Origin: a virus | Taxonomy: Duplodnaviria; Caudoviricetes | Strand: one strand, 5' to 3' | IMG/VR virus record: IMGVR_UViG_3300049489_000161 | Span: 1 to 54,708 of that record | Length of the DNA: 54,708 nucleotides | Part shown: one piece after another, positions 25,343 through 35,600 of the stretch | Numbering within the stretch: position 1 is the first letter of the stretch | Layout: every line of letters starts with the position of its first letter | The notes under the pieces: model-generated | What the model was told of the DNA's origin: nothing | Databases searched by the model: none | Seen by the model: the letters and a program-made list of their open reading frames with translations, nothing else | Position numbers and translations under genes: made by a program

Positions 25343-27976
25343 TCACTCCGCAACTCCCGGAAGGACGGAAGGTATTGCTTCGTTGGTCAGCCATGAGATT
25401 GTTCCGCTCATCACCGCTGCGTTGTTGTTGCGGTACTGCACTTTGCCGTCGGCGCTGGCAATGCTGACCACAGTGTTCTGCGAAGCGCTTGCCGCCGCTA
25501 CGGGATAGATCGATATTGACTGGTCAGCATTCGGGCGAAATCCCACAGGCAGCGAAGCCAGCAACTCGTGTGTCACCGACGTTCCCGTGTTGGCAAGCTT
25601 GAGAGTCAAGTAAACGACCGGCCCTACCCGGCGCAGTTGAACACTGGTGTATGACGCCGTGGCATTCGCCGTCACACTGCCAATCATGTTGCGTGCCCCA
25701 GAGTCGTAGCCAGAAGGAGTGGCCGCGACCAGCGATGGTATCTGCTGCTTCTGCACAGCATCGCTGGGATTGACCGCTGGGCCAATCTTCACTGCGCCAC
25801 TCGCGTACACCTCGAACACCGACACGTCAGCGTCCGCATTTGCTGTCGAGGTGTAAACCCCTAGCATCGTCTGAGTGCCGCTCGCGCCTTGTCTGACGAT
25901 CTGCGTACAGCCAAGTTTCACCGTGCCGAAACCGGCATTCCCATAGTTCGCCTTGACATCGCCCTTCCAGTCGATGTCGAACTTGATCGTTCCATCGCTG
26001 AGCGCCACACGAAACAGCGAAGTCGCCGGAGACGTGGTGGCAGCACGGACTTCAAGCGCGATCTTGTTGTTGTTGACGGAGAACACGCCCAGCTGGTTCG
26101 TCCACGTCGATCCGTCATCAGCATCGACATAGAACGGAGAGTCTAAGTACGCACCTGTTACCTTGTCGTGCCGACGAAGACTGAGGTCCCCGCCTTCACT
26201 GTCACGGGCGAGACCCCACTCGAACCGTGTCACGTCCGCGGACTTCATGCGGAACGCCTTGTAGTCCTCAGCGAGACCTTCCACCGTCCACGTCATGAAC
26301 GGGCCGGTCAGCCCTCCACCGCCACCACCCGTGTCGATCGTGGTGTTGTCGACGATCAGACCGATCGTCTCCAGCGCGACAAGCAGTTCGGACAGCACCG
26401 GGTCCACCGTCCCGCCGATGACAGGCCGGATGTCGTTGGAGATGTACAGGTGGTTGATCGCGCTGATCGAACCGTCCCGCATCCACACGTCCGACATCGA
26501 CACGGTTCCGGTATCCCGGTTGACGTCCAGGGCGTTCTGAACGAACACCCCGTCGTCGTCGTAGCGGGCGATGACAAACGCCGAGCCGCTACCGAGAATC
26601 AGCGGGTCTTCGGTGTTCGGGTTGGCACCGACCGCCCAACGATTCACCCCATCGGTCTGGAACACGACGTAGCGTTCCGTGCCCTGCTCGTTGCTGACGA
26701 ACAGTTTCTTCGGCGAGCCCTCCGAAGCGGGAAGCCCATCACGCAGCGCAGCGATCAGAGAGTTCGCACTCACCTTGGACGACCAGTCATCACGGATGAA
26801 CCCGAACATCTGCTCCCGGTCGGACTGGTCGGTGCCACGGTCCCTGCCGGAGAACAGCATGAGCGGGCCGGTCCAGTCCCAGTTCTGCGCCTGGATCAGA
26901 GCCTCGGTGAAGATCGCAGCCTGCAACGGTTCGGAGACAGCCGTGGGATCAGTGCCGGTGGGAGCGCCGTACTCGGTCAGCCAGATCTTCTTGTCGGCGT
27001 CACCGCCAGCCACCATCGCAGCCCGGACTAGGGGAAGCCGTTGGAACGTGTTCCATGCGATCGTCGTGGCATCGGTAGGCAGCGCCGGGTAGCAGTACGG
27101 ATGCACCGACCAGGCATCGAAGTAGCCCTGGATGCCCGCGGCGTAGCAGCCGATGGTGAAGTCTGCCGGTGCGATCGATCCGCCAGGAGTCGTGACGGCC
27201 GGAGACAGCGCCCCGGCGATGACCGTGGCATTCGGCGCAATCGCCTTGAGCACCGGATAGGCAGCCTTCACCATTTCGGTGTAGACCACCGGGTCGGGCG
27301 ACGGTTTCCAGAACGGAACGTGGTTCGCCTCGTTCCAGATCTCCCACGCCTCAACCTGGGGGAAGTGGGTGGCGGCGGCCGCACAGAAGTCAGCGAAGAA
27401 CGCCATGTCCGTGGGAGGCGACTTGTCTTCGCCAGGAATGGTGGCGGCCCAGTCAGGGGAGTAGCCGAGAATCCCCAGCACCTGCATCCCGTGGGCCTTG
27501 GCCGCGGCCACGACACGATCCTGCACGGACCAGTCAAACACCCCGCGCACCTTCTCGATGGCGGACCAGTCGAAGTCGAGACGCAGCCAGCGAATCCCGA
27601 TCGACCGGTAAATGCCCAGCTCGTGATCGAGGTCTGCGTCAGGTTGCGCAATGAGGCCGTAGCCGCCGGCGATGCCCAGCTCGTAGACCGCCGAGGGCGT
27701 CCAGCCGGAACTGGTGTCCGCTTCTGCGTCTTCGTCAACCCACAGCCAGGTGTCCGCAGGAGGCGCGGCGTCAATAGCCGGCGGATCGTCTGAGATCCAC
27801 ACACCTCCTGGCGGCCCCAGCGGGCCCTTGTCGCCCTTGTCGCCCTTGTCGCCCTTGTCGCCCTTGTCGCCCTTGTCACCGGGGCGACCCTTCGGCCCGG
27901 GCGGGCCGTTGACATCCACCTCGATGGTGATCTGAGGTGGCGGCGTGACAGTGATCTCAACGTCGGGATTCATCAT
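25343..27976 (-). CDS. Tail fibre with collagen repeat and clan GH-A (GH5/GH39-like) glycoside hydrolase
   Basis: (GDK)6; WLRLDFDW, WEIWNEAN (acid/base), SVHPY, IWLTEYG (nucleophile); C-terminal LRRVG...LPVGFRP. Confidence 0.88.
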   Translation of the reverse strand: MMNPDVEITVTPPPQITIEVDVNGPPGPKGRPGDKGDKGDKGDKGDKGDKGPLGPPGGVWISDDPPAIDAAPPADTWLWVDEDAEADTSSGWTPSAVYELGIAGGYGLIAQPDADLDHELGIYRSIGIRWLRLDFDWSAIEKVRGVFDWSVQDRVVAAAKAHGMQVLGILGYSPDWAATIPGEDKSPPTDMAFFADFCAAAATHFPQVEAWEIWNEANHVPFWKPSPDPVVYTEMVKAAYPVLKAIAPNATVIAGALSPAVTTPGGSIAPADFTIGCYAAGIQGYFDAWSVHPYCYPALPTDATTIAWNTFQRLPLVRAAMVAGGDADKKIWLTEYGAPTGTDPTAVSEPLQAAIFTEALIQAQNWDWTGPLMLFSGRDRGTDQSDREQMFGFIRDDWSSKVSANSLIAALRDGLPASEGSPKKLFVSNEQGTERYVVFQTDGVNRWAVGANPNTEDPLILGSGSAFVIARYDDDGVFVQNALDVNRDTGTVSMSDVWMRDGSISAINHLYISNDIRPVIGGTVDPVLSELLVALETIGLIVDNTTIDTGGGGGGLTGPFMTWTVEGLAEDYKAFRMKSADVTRFEWGLARDSEGGDLSLRRHDKVTGAYLDSPFYVDADDGSTWTNQLGVFSVNNNKIALEVRAATTSPATSLFRVALSDGTIKFDIDWKGDVKANYGNAGFGTVKLGCTQIVRQGASGTQTMLGVYTSTANADADVSVFEVYASGAVKIGPAVNPSDAVQKQQIPSLVAATPSGYDSGARNMIGSVTANATASYTSVQLRRVGPVVYLTLKLANTGTSVTHELLASLPVGFRPNADQSISIYPVAAASASQNTVVSIASADGKVQYRNNNAAVMSGTISWLTNEAIPSVLPGVAE
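27824..27877. repeat. 9-bp tandem repeat (GCCCTTGTC) x6, collagen-coding
   Basis: Read directly; encodes GDK repeats on the - strand. Confidence 0.95.
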
Positions 27977-28326
27977 GAGGATGTCCTCGTTACGTCCGTG
28001 TGAACGGTGATCTTGCCATACGCCAGCGTGGTGACGGGATCCAGACCGTTCGCCTCCGCCAGCTGCACATCCCAGTACCCGGTGTACTTGCCACGCTTGG
28101 CGAGCTTCTCACAGTCCGGGCTTTCCAGCACGACGTCCGCGCCCGTGGCGTTCTCGTAGATGTAGAACTCCGCGTCTACGCGCTGGCTTTCCGGACGGGA
28201 CCGGACTTGTGCCTTCCAGGTTCTGCCGGCCACCACTGCGGAGTCCACCTTCACATGCAGTGTGAGCGTGTCCCCGGCGTAGTGGTCGATGTTGATGACC
28301 TGGGGGCGTGAGTCAAGATCAGGCAC
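27973..28326 (-). CDS. Minor tail protein (Ig/BppU-N-like)
   Basis: GDTLTL...WKAQVR...GYWDVQL...GKITV pattern. Confidence 0.6.
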   Translation of the reverse strand: MPDLDSRPQVINIDHYAGDTLTLHVKVDSAVVAGRTWKAQVRSRPESQRVDAEFYIYENATGADVVLESPDCEKLAKRGKYTGYWDVQLAEANGLDPVTTLAYGKITVHTDVTRTSS

Positions 28327-28334
28327 GATGCTCC

Positions 28335-29030
28335 TCAGGCGATGATCAGGTACAGGACGTTGGGGTCTTTGGTGGCGAGAGCGTCGTACTGGGCCTGCGT
28401 TCCTTTCCAGAACGGGAAGCCGACGGACTCGAACCAGCCCCGCAACTCGGCTGCGTGATACGCGGCCAGGTCTGCGGAGGCTGAGGCGTTGGCGGCCAGA
28501 CCGTTCATGGTGGCGAGGGCTGCCGCGAGTTCATCACGGAAGTCCTTGATGACCTCGGTGATCAGCATGAACAGACCGTCGACCCGTTCGATCGTCACCT
28601 CGACGACATCCCGATCCTCCAGCAGGACGATCAGGTCCGTACCGGTGCTGACCCCGGAACTGTAGATGTTGCTGGTGTCCTGATCGGTGTTCGACCCGAT
28701 CTCGAGCTGACCCTTGAGCACCGGGGTTGAGTACCCGGACGGTGGGATCAACGTGACGTCGTAGGAGTACGAGCCGGCGGTGAGCGCCAGGTCGTCAGCC
28801 TGGAACTCGAAGTACATCATGTTCGGGTTGTTGACGTCCGAGGCGGCGTTCACGGAGAGCACTTCGCGTCCACCGCGCTGGCCCTGTTCCGCGGCGACGA
28901 ATCGCAGCGTGCTGCCCGCGAGATCGATCGGTGTTCCGTCGGCCGCCTTGAACCACACGCCGAAGGCGAACGACTTGTTCGCTTCGACGGAGATGTTCGT
29001 TTCCCGACGCGGGGTGTTGCCGAGTGCCAT
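28335..29030 (-). CDS. Minor tail protein
   Basis: PIDLAG...GSYSYDV beta domain; C-terminal WKGTQAQYDALATKDPNVLYLI motif. Confidence 0.65.
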   Translation of the reverse strand: MALGNTPRRETNISVEANKSFAFGVWFKAADGTPIDLAGSTLRFVAAEQGQRGGREVLSVNAASDVNNPNMMYFEFQADDLALTAGSYSYDVTLIPPSGYSTPVLKGQLEIGSNTDQDTSNIYSSGVSTGTDLIVLLEDRDVVEVTIERVDGLFMLITEVIKDFRDELAAALATMNGLAANASASADLAAYHAAELRGWFESVGFPFWKGTQAQYDALATKDPNVLYLIIA

Positions 29031-29046
29031 GCGATGCCTCTCTCCA

Positions 29047-29084
29047 GTTGAGGGCAGGTGCCCAAGTGGACACCCGCCCTCAAC
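29047..29084 (-). terminator. Hairpin downstream of the capsid genes
   Basis: 17-bp stem whose two mismatches become G-U pairs only on the - strand. Confidence 0.65.
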
Positions 29085-29090
29085 GGTCGG

Positions 29091-29300
29091 TTACTTGCCG
29101 GGGGGCATCTTTTCCTCGGGAGGCGGTCCGCCTTCGGGTCCGCCTTCGGGTCCGCCCTTCTCAGGACCACCAGGCCCACCCTCAGGTGGCGGACCTTCGC
29201 CGCCCGGCTTGCCGCCGCCTTCGCCCGCACCTTCCAGTGCGTCGATGGCAACGCCGGCCAGCTCCTGGATCTGCTTCAGCAGTTCGATCAATTGCTCCAT
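29091..29300 (-). CDS. 69-aa protein with Gly/Pro/Glu-rich tail
   Basis: MEQLIELLKQIQELAG helix followed by GGPEGGP repeats; follows the capsid gene. Confidence 0.65.
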   Translation of the reverse strand: MEQLIELLKQIQELAGVAIDALEGAGEGGGKPGGEGPPPEGGPGGPEKGGPEGGPEGGPPPEEKMPPGK

Positions 29301-29309
29301 GATCTGAAC

Positions 29310-30674
29310 CTATCGCTTGGTCGTGGCGACATCGCCTGCCGACTGAACCGGCAGGCCGGTGTCGAGGTTGTTGGTCGCGTTGTACGGCGAGTGGAACCAC
29401 TCGGGAGTGGACTTGAGCGGGTCCGGGCCGGACAACGGGTAGGTCTCGGGGGAGACGCCCTTCTGCGCACGGGCCGCAGCGACCTGAGCAGCGACGAAGG
29501 TGAACGAATCGCCCACGACCTTGAGGTTGGTCACGGTGTCGGGGAGGAACAACGGCACCACGCCTTCCGAAAGCTGGTCGATGACCCACACGTCGTAGGA
29601 GAAGTCCTGCACGTACTCAGTGCCCTTGAACCGGGTGCCGCCGTCCTGCTCGCGCTTCTCGCTGAAGTGCTCGTAGGTCTGGATCGCGTTCTTGTACGCG
29701 GCCAGCGCGACGACCTGGCGCAGCGTGCGACCAGCGGTGGCGCTGGATGCCACCGGGTCCACGACCAGGTTCGAGTCGGTGTACACCTTCGGCAGGAACT
29801 CGGGGTGGATCTTCACGAGCTTCCAGGAACCCTTCAGGGTGCCGAGGTAGCCGGAAGCATTCGCCCCGGAGATGTCGCCGTCCTTGTACAGCTTGAACGC
29901 CGACTCGGTGCCGGCACCCTTCTCGATGAGCGCGTTGATGTACACGAGCTCGAGGGCGCTGGTGACAAGCAGGAACCGCTCGTTGTTGCCGAAGTTGCTG
30001 TCGAACCAGTTGTCGCTGAACAGCAGGGTCAGCGCATCCAGCGTCGACATCGGGTTCGCGTCATCGAGGAACATGCCCTTGATGGTGGCGAACGACGGCT
30101 GGATCTGGTTGTCGCTGTCCTCACCAGGCTCGGCCACCCACTTGTAGTCCGCGGCGTTGCCGGTGCAGGCGATGCGGTGGGCATCGGTGGTGACCGGAGG
30201 CGGCGTCTCGGTCGAGAGACGCGGGACCATCTTGCCGGTCATGTGGCCCTGGATCGCAGCGAGCAGGCAGTATTTGTCGTGGTCGCGCAGCACGGTGGTC
30301 TGCATCTTGCGGCCGGTGTACTCCTGCACGATGTTCTTGATCGGGCTGAAGCGCAGCTGCTCGTCGAACACGGTGAAGCCAAAGGAACGGTGCCGGCTCA
30401 TCGAGTAGGTGCGCCACTCGATCGGGGGGATGCCGTTCTTCCACTCGGCGGTGTACTCACTGCCCGAGTAGTGGTCGGCCCCGATCCGGCTGATGTCGGC
30501 GTCGACGATGTAGTCGTCCACGCGGATGTCGGGAACCCGGATGCTGCGAGCGTTCGGGTTCGGCTTGATCTCCGAGCCGGTGAACATTCCGGCGACCGGG
30601 CTGGTGATGCGAAGGTACGTGGCCAGCGCGACCTGGTAGTCGGTGAGGCTGTCCTTCTGGACTGGTGCGACCAT
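29310..30674 (-). CDS. Major capsid protein
   Basis: SIRVPDI, RSFGFTV.D, RFLLVT, GYLGTLKG patterns typical of HK97-fold MCPs; directly after the portal; strong codon bias. Confidence 0.8.
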   Translation of the reverse strand: MVAPVQKDSLTDYQVALATYLRITSPVAGMFTGSEIKPNPNARSIRVPDIRVDDYIVDADISRIGADHYSGSEYTAEWKNGIPPIEWRTYSMSRHRSFGFTVFDEQLRFSPIKNIVQEYTGRKMQTTVLRDHDKYCLLAAIQGHMTGKMVPRLSTETPPPVTTDAHRIACTGNAADYKWVAEPGEDSDNQIQPSFATIKGMFLDDANPMSTLDALTLLFSDNWFDSNFGNNERFLLVTSALELVYINALIEKGAGTESAFKLYKDGDISGANASGYLGTLKGSWKLVKIHPEFLPKVYTDSNLVVDPVASSATAGRTLRQVVALAAYKNAIQTYEHFSEKREQDGGTRFKGTEYVQDFSYDVWVIDQLSEGVVPLFLPDTVTNLKVVGDSFTFVAAQVAAARAQKGVSPETYPLSGPDPLKSTPEWFHSPYNATNNLDTGLPVQSAGDVATTKR

Positions 30675-30706
30675 GTCGCGTTCTCCCTTGTGTCTCGACG
30701 CCTGGT

Positions 30707-32692
30707 TTAGGCGGGTGCTCTCATCACGTTAGAGGGTTGAGTAGAGGTAGTCGAATACCCCTGTTCCATTTCAGGATTCGTTCCAGTAGATGCAGGAGTT
30801 TGCATACCTAGCTGCTGCATGATGACTTCCTGGGTCTGCCGCAGCATGGTCATCTGTTCCTGCAACATGGTCAGGGCCGTCTCTGTCATCGCCACCATGT
30901 CGTCTGTACCGGCGACGTTGGCGTTCAAGTTCTCCTCGAGAACAGCAATGCGCTGATCCCGCTCGTCTACTGCTTCAACATTGCCACCCCACATCAGCCC
31001 GATGTCCTTGGCAGAGGCCGAGCCGGACAGTTCGATCTGCTTGCTGATGATGTACTGCATGGCCTTGGCCGCCTGCGAGAGCATCTGCTGATCCTGTGAG
31101 GACGCCATAGCCGGCATCGCCTGGGACAGCGGGACGAACAGTTCGTTGAGGATGCGCAGCTGCTTCTCGTCTTCCATCTCCACCAGAGAGCCGGGCACCA
31201 CGCGCACCCAGTATTCGGTGGCGAGGTCGGCAAAATCGATCTCGATGGTGCCGTCCTCTTCGATGTACTCCGTACCGAGCCCGGCCTTCAGCAATCTCAG
31301 CCGGGCCTCCGCCGACGGCTTGATGCGCTTCACGGCCTGCAACTCGGCGAAGTACACCGTCAGTGCGTACGAGCAGTAGTGGCTGAAGAACGACTCGATC
31401 GCCTTCTGGTAGTTGTTCGTGGTGATGTCCACCATCGCCTGCTGCGCCTCGACACCCTGTGGTGTGGCCGACATCCCGCTTCCGGCCTGTGTCGCCATCT
31501 GCTGGTCGGCAGACCCGATCAGGTTCACCATGCTGCCGAGGTTCTGCTGACTGATCGTGCCGTACTGCATCAGCGTCTGGGTGTTCACCTCGAACGCCTC
31601 GATGCGGGCGTTCGGGTTGGAGACCTCGGTGTACTTGCCGGGGCTGAGGTTTGGCAGCGCGTTGACCGCGCCGAAGCCCAGGATGCTCGGGTTGATGTTG
31701 CGGTACCAGAGCTTCATCGCGCCGTTCAGCATCAAGTCCTGGAAGTCCTGCCGGCCGATCAGCAGTTCCACCTGAGACTTGCCCAGCGGCTGCTGGCTGT
31801 CCTTCTCCAGCACCAGGAAGTGGACCGGGTGCTGCTTGAGCGGGTGCTTGTTCTTCTCGATCCGCAGCAGATGTTTGGTGTGAGGGGAGAAGGTGAGGAA
31901 CGGCTCGCCACTGGAGGAGTACCAGGTGATGATCTCGTAGCCCTCGGGGACCATGCCGAACTTCCGGGTCTGGTAGTCCACCGAATCCCTGGACCGGCCA
32001 TACGGCGCCTGCTGCAGCATCGACTTCAAAGCCGCGATGTCCCAGCCGATGGTCTGGTCCCGGATCAGCGCATGCACTTCCGCCCTGGTCAGATACCTAC
32101 GGACGAACACGTTCTGCGCCTGGCGGATGTCCCGCACCCCTGGATCGGGAAACACATCCCGGTAGTGGATGGCGTCGTACTTCATGTACCAGCCGCCGGC
32201 GGCGTCCTGCAACAGCGTGGGGATCACCACGTCAAACCCGAGGGTCAGCGCGGTCTTCACCGACGCGAACAGGTTCTGCTGCATGTCGTTGCTGTACTCG
32301 TCAGACCCGATGATCTTCGTGGTCAGGATGTGCTTGGCGAAGATCCCTGGCATCGAGTCGTCATCGAACTCAGAGATCACCTCCACGTTCGGAGTGTTCT
32401 GCACCAGATTGCGCGCTATGCGGCGAATGAGTCCGGCTGTCTCACCCGAGGAGATGTTTGGCAAATCAGGCTTCGGGCTGATGACAGACCCGTCCGCCAA
32501 CTTCTCCAGTTTGTCGTAGGTCGCCACCCGGCGATCCATCTCCGACTTGTATCTCATGTAGGTCGAGTACATGCCAGAGCCGTAGGCACCAATGCCTCGA
32601 ACGTCGAGACTCCCGTCTCGGGGATCCAGCCGGTACTCGTCGTACCAATCCTCGAAGGAAGTGATGGGTTGCATCCCCAGATCTACTGCCAC
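30707..32692 (-). CDS. Portal protein (podovirus-like)
   Basis: 661 aa; ALTLGF, DVFPDP, PLGKSQVELL..Q, C-terminal coiled coil; precedes the capsid gene. Confidence 0.75.
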   Translation of the reverse strand: MAVDLGMQPITSFEDWYDEYRLDPRDGSLDVRGIGAYGSGMYSTYMRYKSEMDRRVATYDKLEKLADGSVISPKPDLPNISSGETAGLIRRIARNLVQNTPNVEVISEFDDDSMPGIFAKHILTTKIIGSDEYSNDMQQNLFASVKTALTLGFDVVIPTLLQDAAGGWYMKYDAIHYRDVFPDPGVRDIRQAQNVFVRRYLTRAEVHALIRDQTIGWDIAALKSMLQQAPYGRSRDSVDYQTRKFGMVPEGYEIITWYSSSGEPFLTFSPHTKHLLRIEKNKHPLKQHPVHFLVLEKDSQQPLGKSQVELLIGRQDFQDLMLNGAMKLWYRNINPSILGFGAVNALPNLSPGKYTEVSNPNARIEAFEVNTQTLMQYGTISQQNLGSMVNLIGSADQQMATQAGSGMSATPQGVEAQQAMVDITTNNYQKAIESFFSHYCSYALTVYFAELQAVKRIKPSAEARLRLLKAGLGTEYIEEDGTIEIDFADLATEYWVRVVPGSLVEMEDEKQLRILNELFVPLSQAMPAMASSQDQQMLSQAAKAMQYIISKQIELSGSASAKDIGLMWGGNVEAVDERDQRIAVLEENLNANVAGTDDMVAMTETALTMLQEQMTMLRQTQEVIMQQLGMQTPASTGTNPEMEQGYSTTSTQPSNVMRAPA

Positions 32693-35600
32693 TGCTTCAG
32701 CCTTCCTCGTTCGGATGAGACACGTTCTCGCCTGACGTCTGCCCGGCGAATCAACGGAGAGTTGGTGTTGATCATCGACACCGAATCGATCTGTGCGGCA
32801 CTCATCCCGGTGAAGAAGCTCATCCGCGTGATGTACGAGTTGGGTGTGAAGCCACCACCACCACCGCCGCCATAACCGCCACCACCCCTACGACTGTAGC
32901 CACCGTAGCTGCGGTATCCGCTAAACCGACCTCCACCGCTGATGGTGTCCTTGGGCGTGTAGGTCTTTTTCTTGATCTGTTCCAGGATCGAGTCGTTCGG
33001 AGTCACCTGGCCAGTCACCTGCGTCGGCTCCAACGAGGCGCGACCGGTGTTGAGGTTCTTCACATCGTCGACCGCGTTGCCGCGTTCATCGAGGCTCATC
33101 CCGTTGGCCGGCTTGATCATCCCGGCAGGGACCGGAAGCCCCAGCGCCTGGGCGATGGACTGACGTGGGAACGGCGTGGCCCACGGCCTACCGTCCGGCC
33201 CGATCACATACGTGGCGTTCAACTGGTTGTACTCCGCAGAAGGTTGCGAGGGGATCTGGTTGGAGTACAGGATCTCCCGCAGCCCTGGTGAACTCGGGTC
33301 AGTGCTGTCACCGAAGTAGTACCTGTTGGCCCGGAACTTGGCCGCGGTCTCCGTCATGCCACGGTTCACGCCGTCCTGCACGATCCGATCCAGGATGCGG
33401 GCCTGCAGCAGATCCCGCTGTTCCTGCGAGGCGTAGAACCCCTGGAACCCTGGATCGTCAAGCGTGACCAGTCCGGCCATGAGCGACTTGACCATCGCCT
33501 CCTGGCCTTCGATCGACAGCTCCTCCCGGCCATTCCTCGAGATCGAGGTGCCCATCATCATCGCGTCAGCCATCGCATCGGCTTCCGCTTCCAGCGATTC
33601 AGGAGAGGAGGAGACGCCAGCCGCGATGTCCCGCTGCTCCAACTGCGGGATCAGCGCGGCCTTCAGCCTGTCGAACTGTTGCAGCTGCTCCTTGTACAAC
33701 TTGCCTGACTGCGCATCGATGTCGCCCTGGTTCCACCAGACATCCGCGGCTTCCGCCTGCGTCTTCAGGATCGACCCGATGTCGTCCTGGGACAGCAGTC
33801 CCGAGCCTCCGGCACCGAAGAACCTGGCGTAGACCAGTGCCTCCAGCGTCGCGTTGTCCACCGCTTCGGTCGGGACGTTCTGCGTCTTGACGACCATGTT
33901 CTCCCGGGCGAAGGAGCTGGGCCCCGTGATCTGCCCGGTGAACAGCGACAGCAGCACGGCAGCCGTGGCGTTGTTCTCCGCGTACTGGTGCAGGTAGGCG
34001 TCCCCGCCGCTGCGGGTCATGTACGCCAGCCCGCTGACCGGCTCCATGACCGGCTTCCCGTCAGCCCCGATCACCGGCTCGCCGTTGTCGTCCAGCACCG
34101 GAACTTCCTTCTGGTACTGCTGCAGCGCGTCGGTCTGCTGGGGCAGGCTCGACCCCTGCTGCAGGTCCAGCGTTCCGCCGTCCTTCGGGTTGGTCATCGC
34201 CACCAGCCACGGGTTGCGGTCATACTTGTCGAACGCACTGCGAATGCCGTTGACGAACTGGTTCTCGATCAGCGCCTTCTCGTACATCCCGACAATGGAG
34301 ATACCCAGCAGTGTGGTGGTGCTCAATCGTTCAGGGGATTCCACCCGGGCATCCGCCTCCGCGGACTCCTGCAGCAGTTTCGCTGTGAGATCCGCATCGC
34401 GGTACAGACTGAGCACCGAGTTCGGGATCGCGGAGACCCCATCGAGGAACCCTTGCGAGATCAGTCGGATGTCGCCGGTCTCGAAGAACCGCACCACCCC
34501 CATCAGTGGGGAGGTGAACTGACGCAGCACCCAGTGCGGGACGATCGCGGCGCGGCCACTCTCGTCCTTCTTGAACAGCGTGCCGAGCATCGGGATGTCA
34601 TCCAAGAAGATGGCGTCCTGGTAGCGGAAGTCGTTGGCCGCCTTCTGCGGGTCGTAGACCAGCGGGATGTTGAGGTAGGTGGCCTGCCGGCGGCGGCGCT
34701 TCTCCTCCTCGTCCTCCCCACCGAAGCCCAGGATCTCGGCGCCCATCATGCCGAACGCGAACAGCCCGGCCTGCGTCACCATGCCGCGCACGAACAGCCG
34801 GGACAGATCCAGTGTCTCGATGACGTCGTTGAAGTCCATCGGCTTGAACTCCAGTGACGGGTCTTTGCTGCGGTTGCGCACAATCCACGACCGCCACGGG
34901 TTCTCGCGTCCAGACAACGTCATCGCCACCATCTGATCGACACCGGTCATGCCGGTCAGGTAGGTCAGTGCGTTGACGTTGAAGCGCGTGAACAGGAACG
35001 GGATCTTCAGCGCGTGCCCGATCCATGTGCCGAAGCCCTCCTGCGCACACAGCGTCTCGATCGGGCGCATGAACAGCTTGGCGGCCACCGTGTTCTTCTG
35101 CGAACGGATGTTGCCCACCGCGTTGATGCCCATCTGATGTGGGTTGGCCTTCTTGGTACTGAACTTCTTCTTCAGCCACAGCGGGTCTTTCTTCATCTCC
35201 GCGACCAAGGTCTCCACGCTGACCACGTTGTTCGGGGCCAGTTCGAGGTACTCGATAGCGGCGGCCAGGTAGCGAATCGCCACCGACTTCTGCGACTGCC
35301 CGATCGTCGGATCGCTCATCACGCGAGAGACGGTCGTAGCCGTACGCTCCAGTGTTCGGCTGACCTTCCCGCCACTTGGCACAGTCTGTCCCTCAGCGTT
35401 GACCGTGCCACCAGGCTCGAGCAGCCCGGACTTGTAGGTCATCTCACCGAAGATCTCCCCGATGAACTCGGTCGAGTCCCCGAGGATCGTCGCCAACTGG
35501 TCGAGCATCTTCAGCTGCTCCATCGAGAACTTCGGCTCGACCCCCAGCTTCGATCCAATCGCGGCCGTCGTCTTCCCGCCCCGGCCCAGGTTGTTGCCCG

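Noticed and set aside
29058-32875. + strand ORFs of 550 and 498 aa opposite capsid and portal (also 9052-10503 opposite TerL)
   Set aside because: Same antisense-shadow artefact
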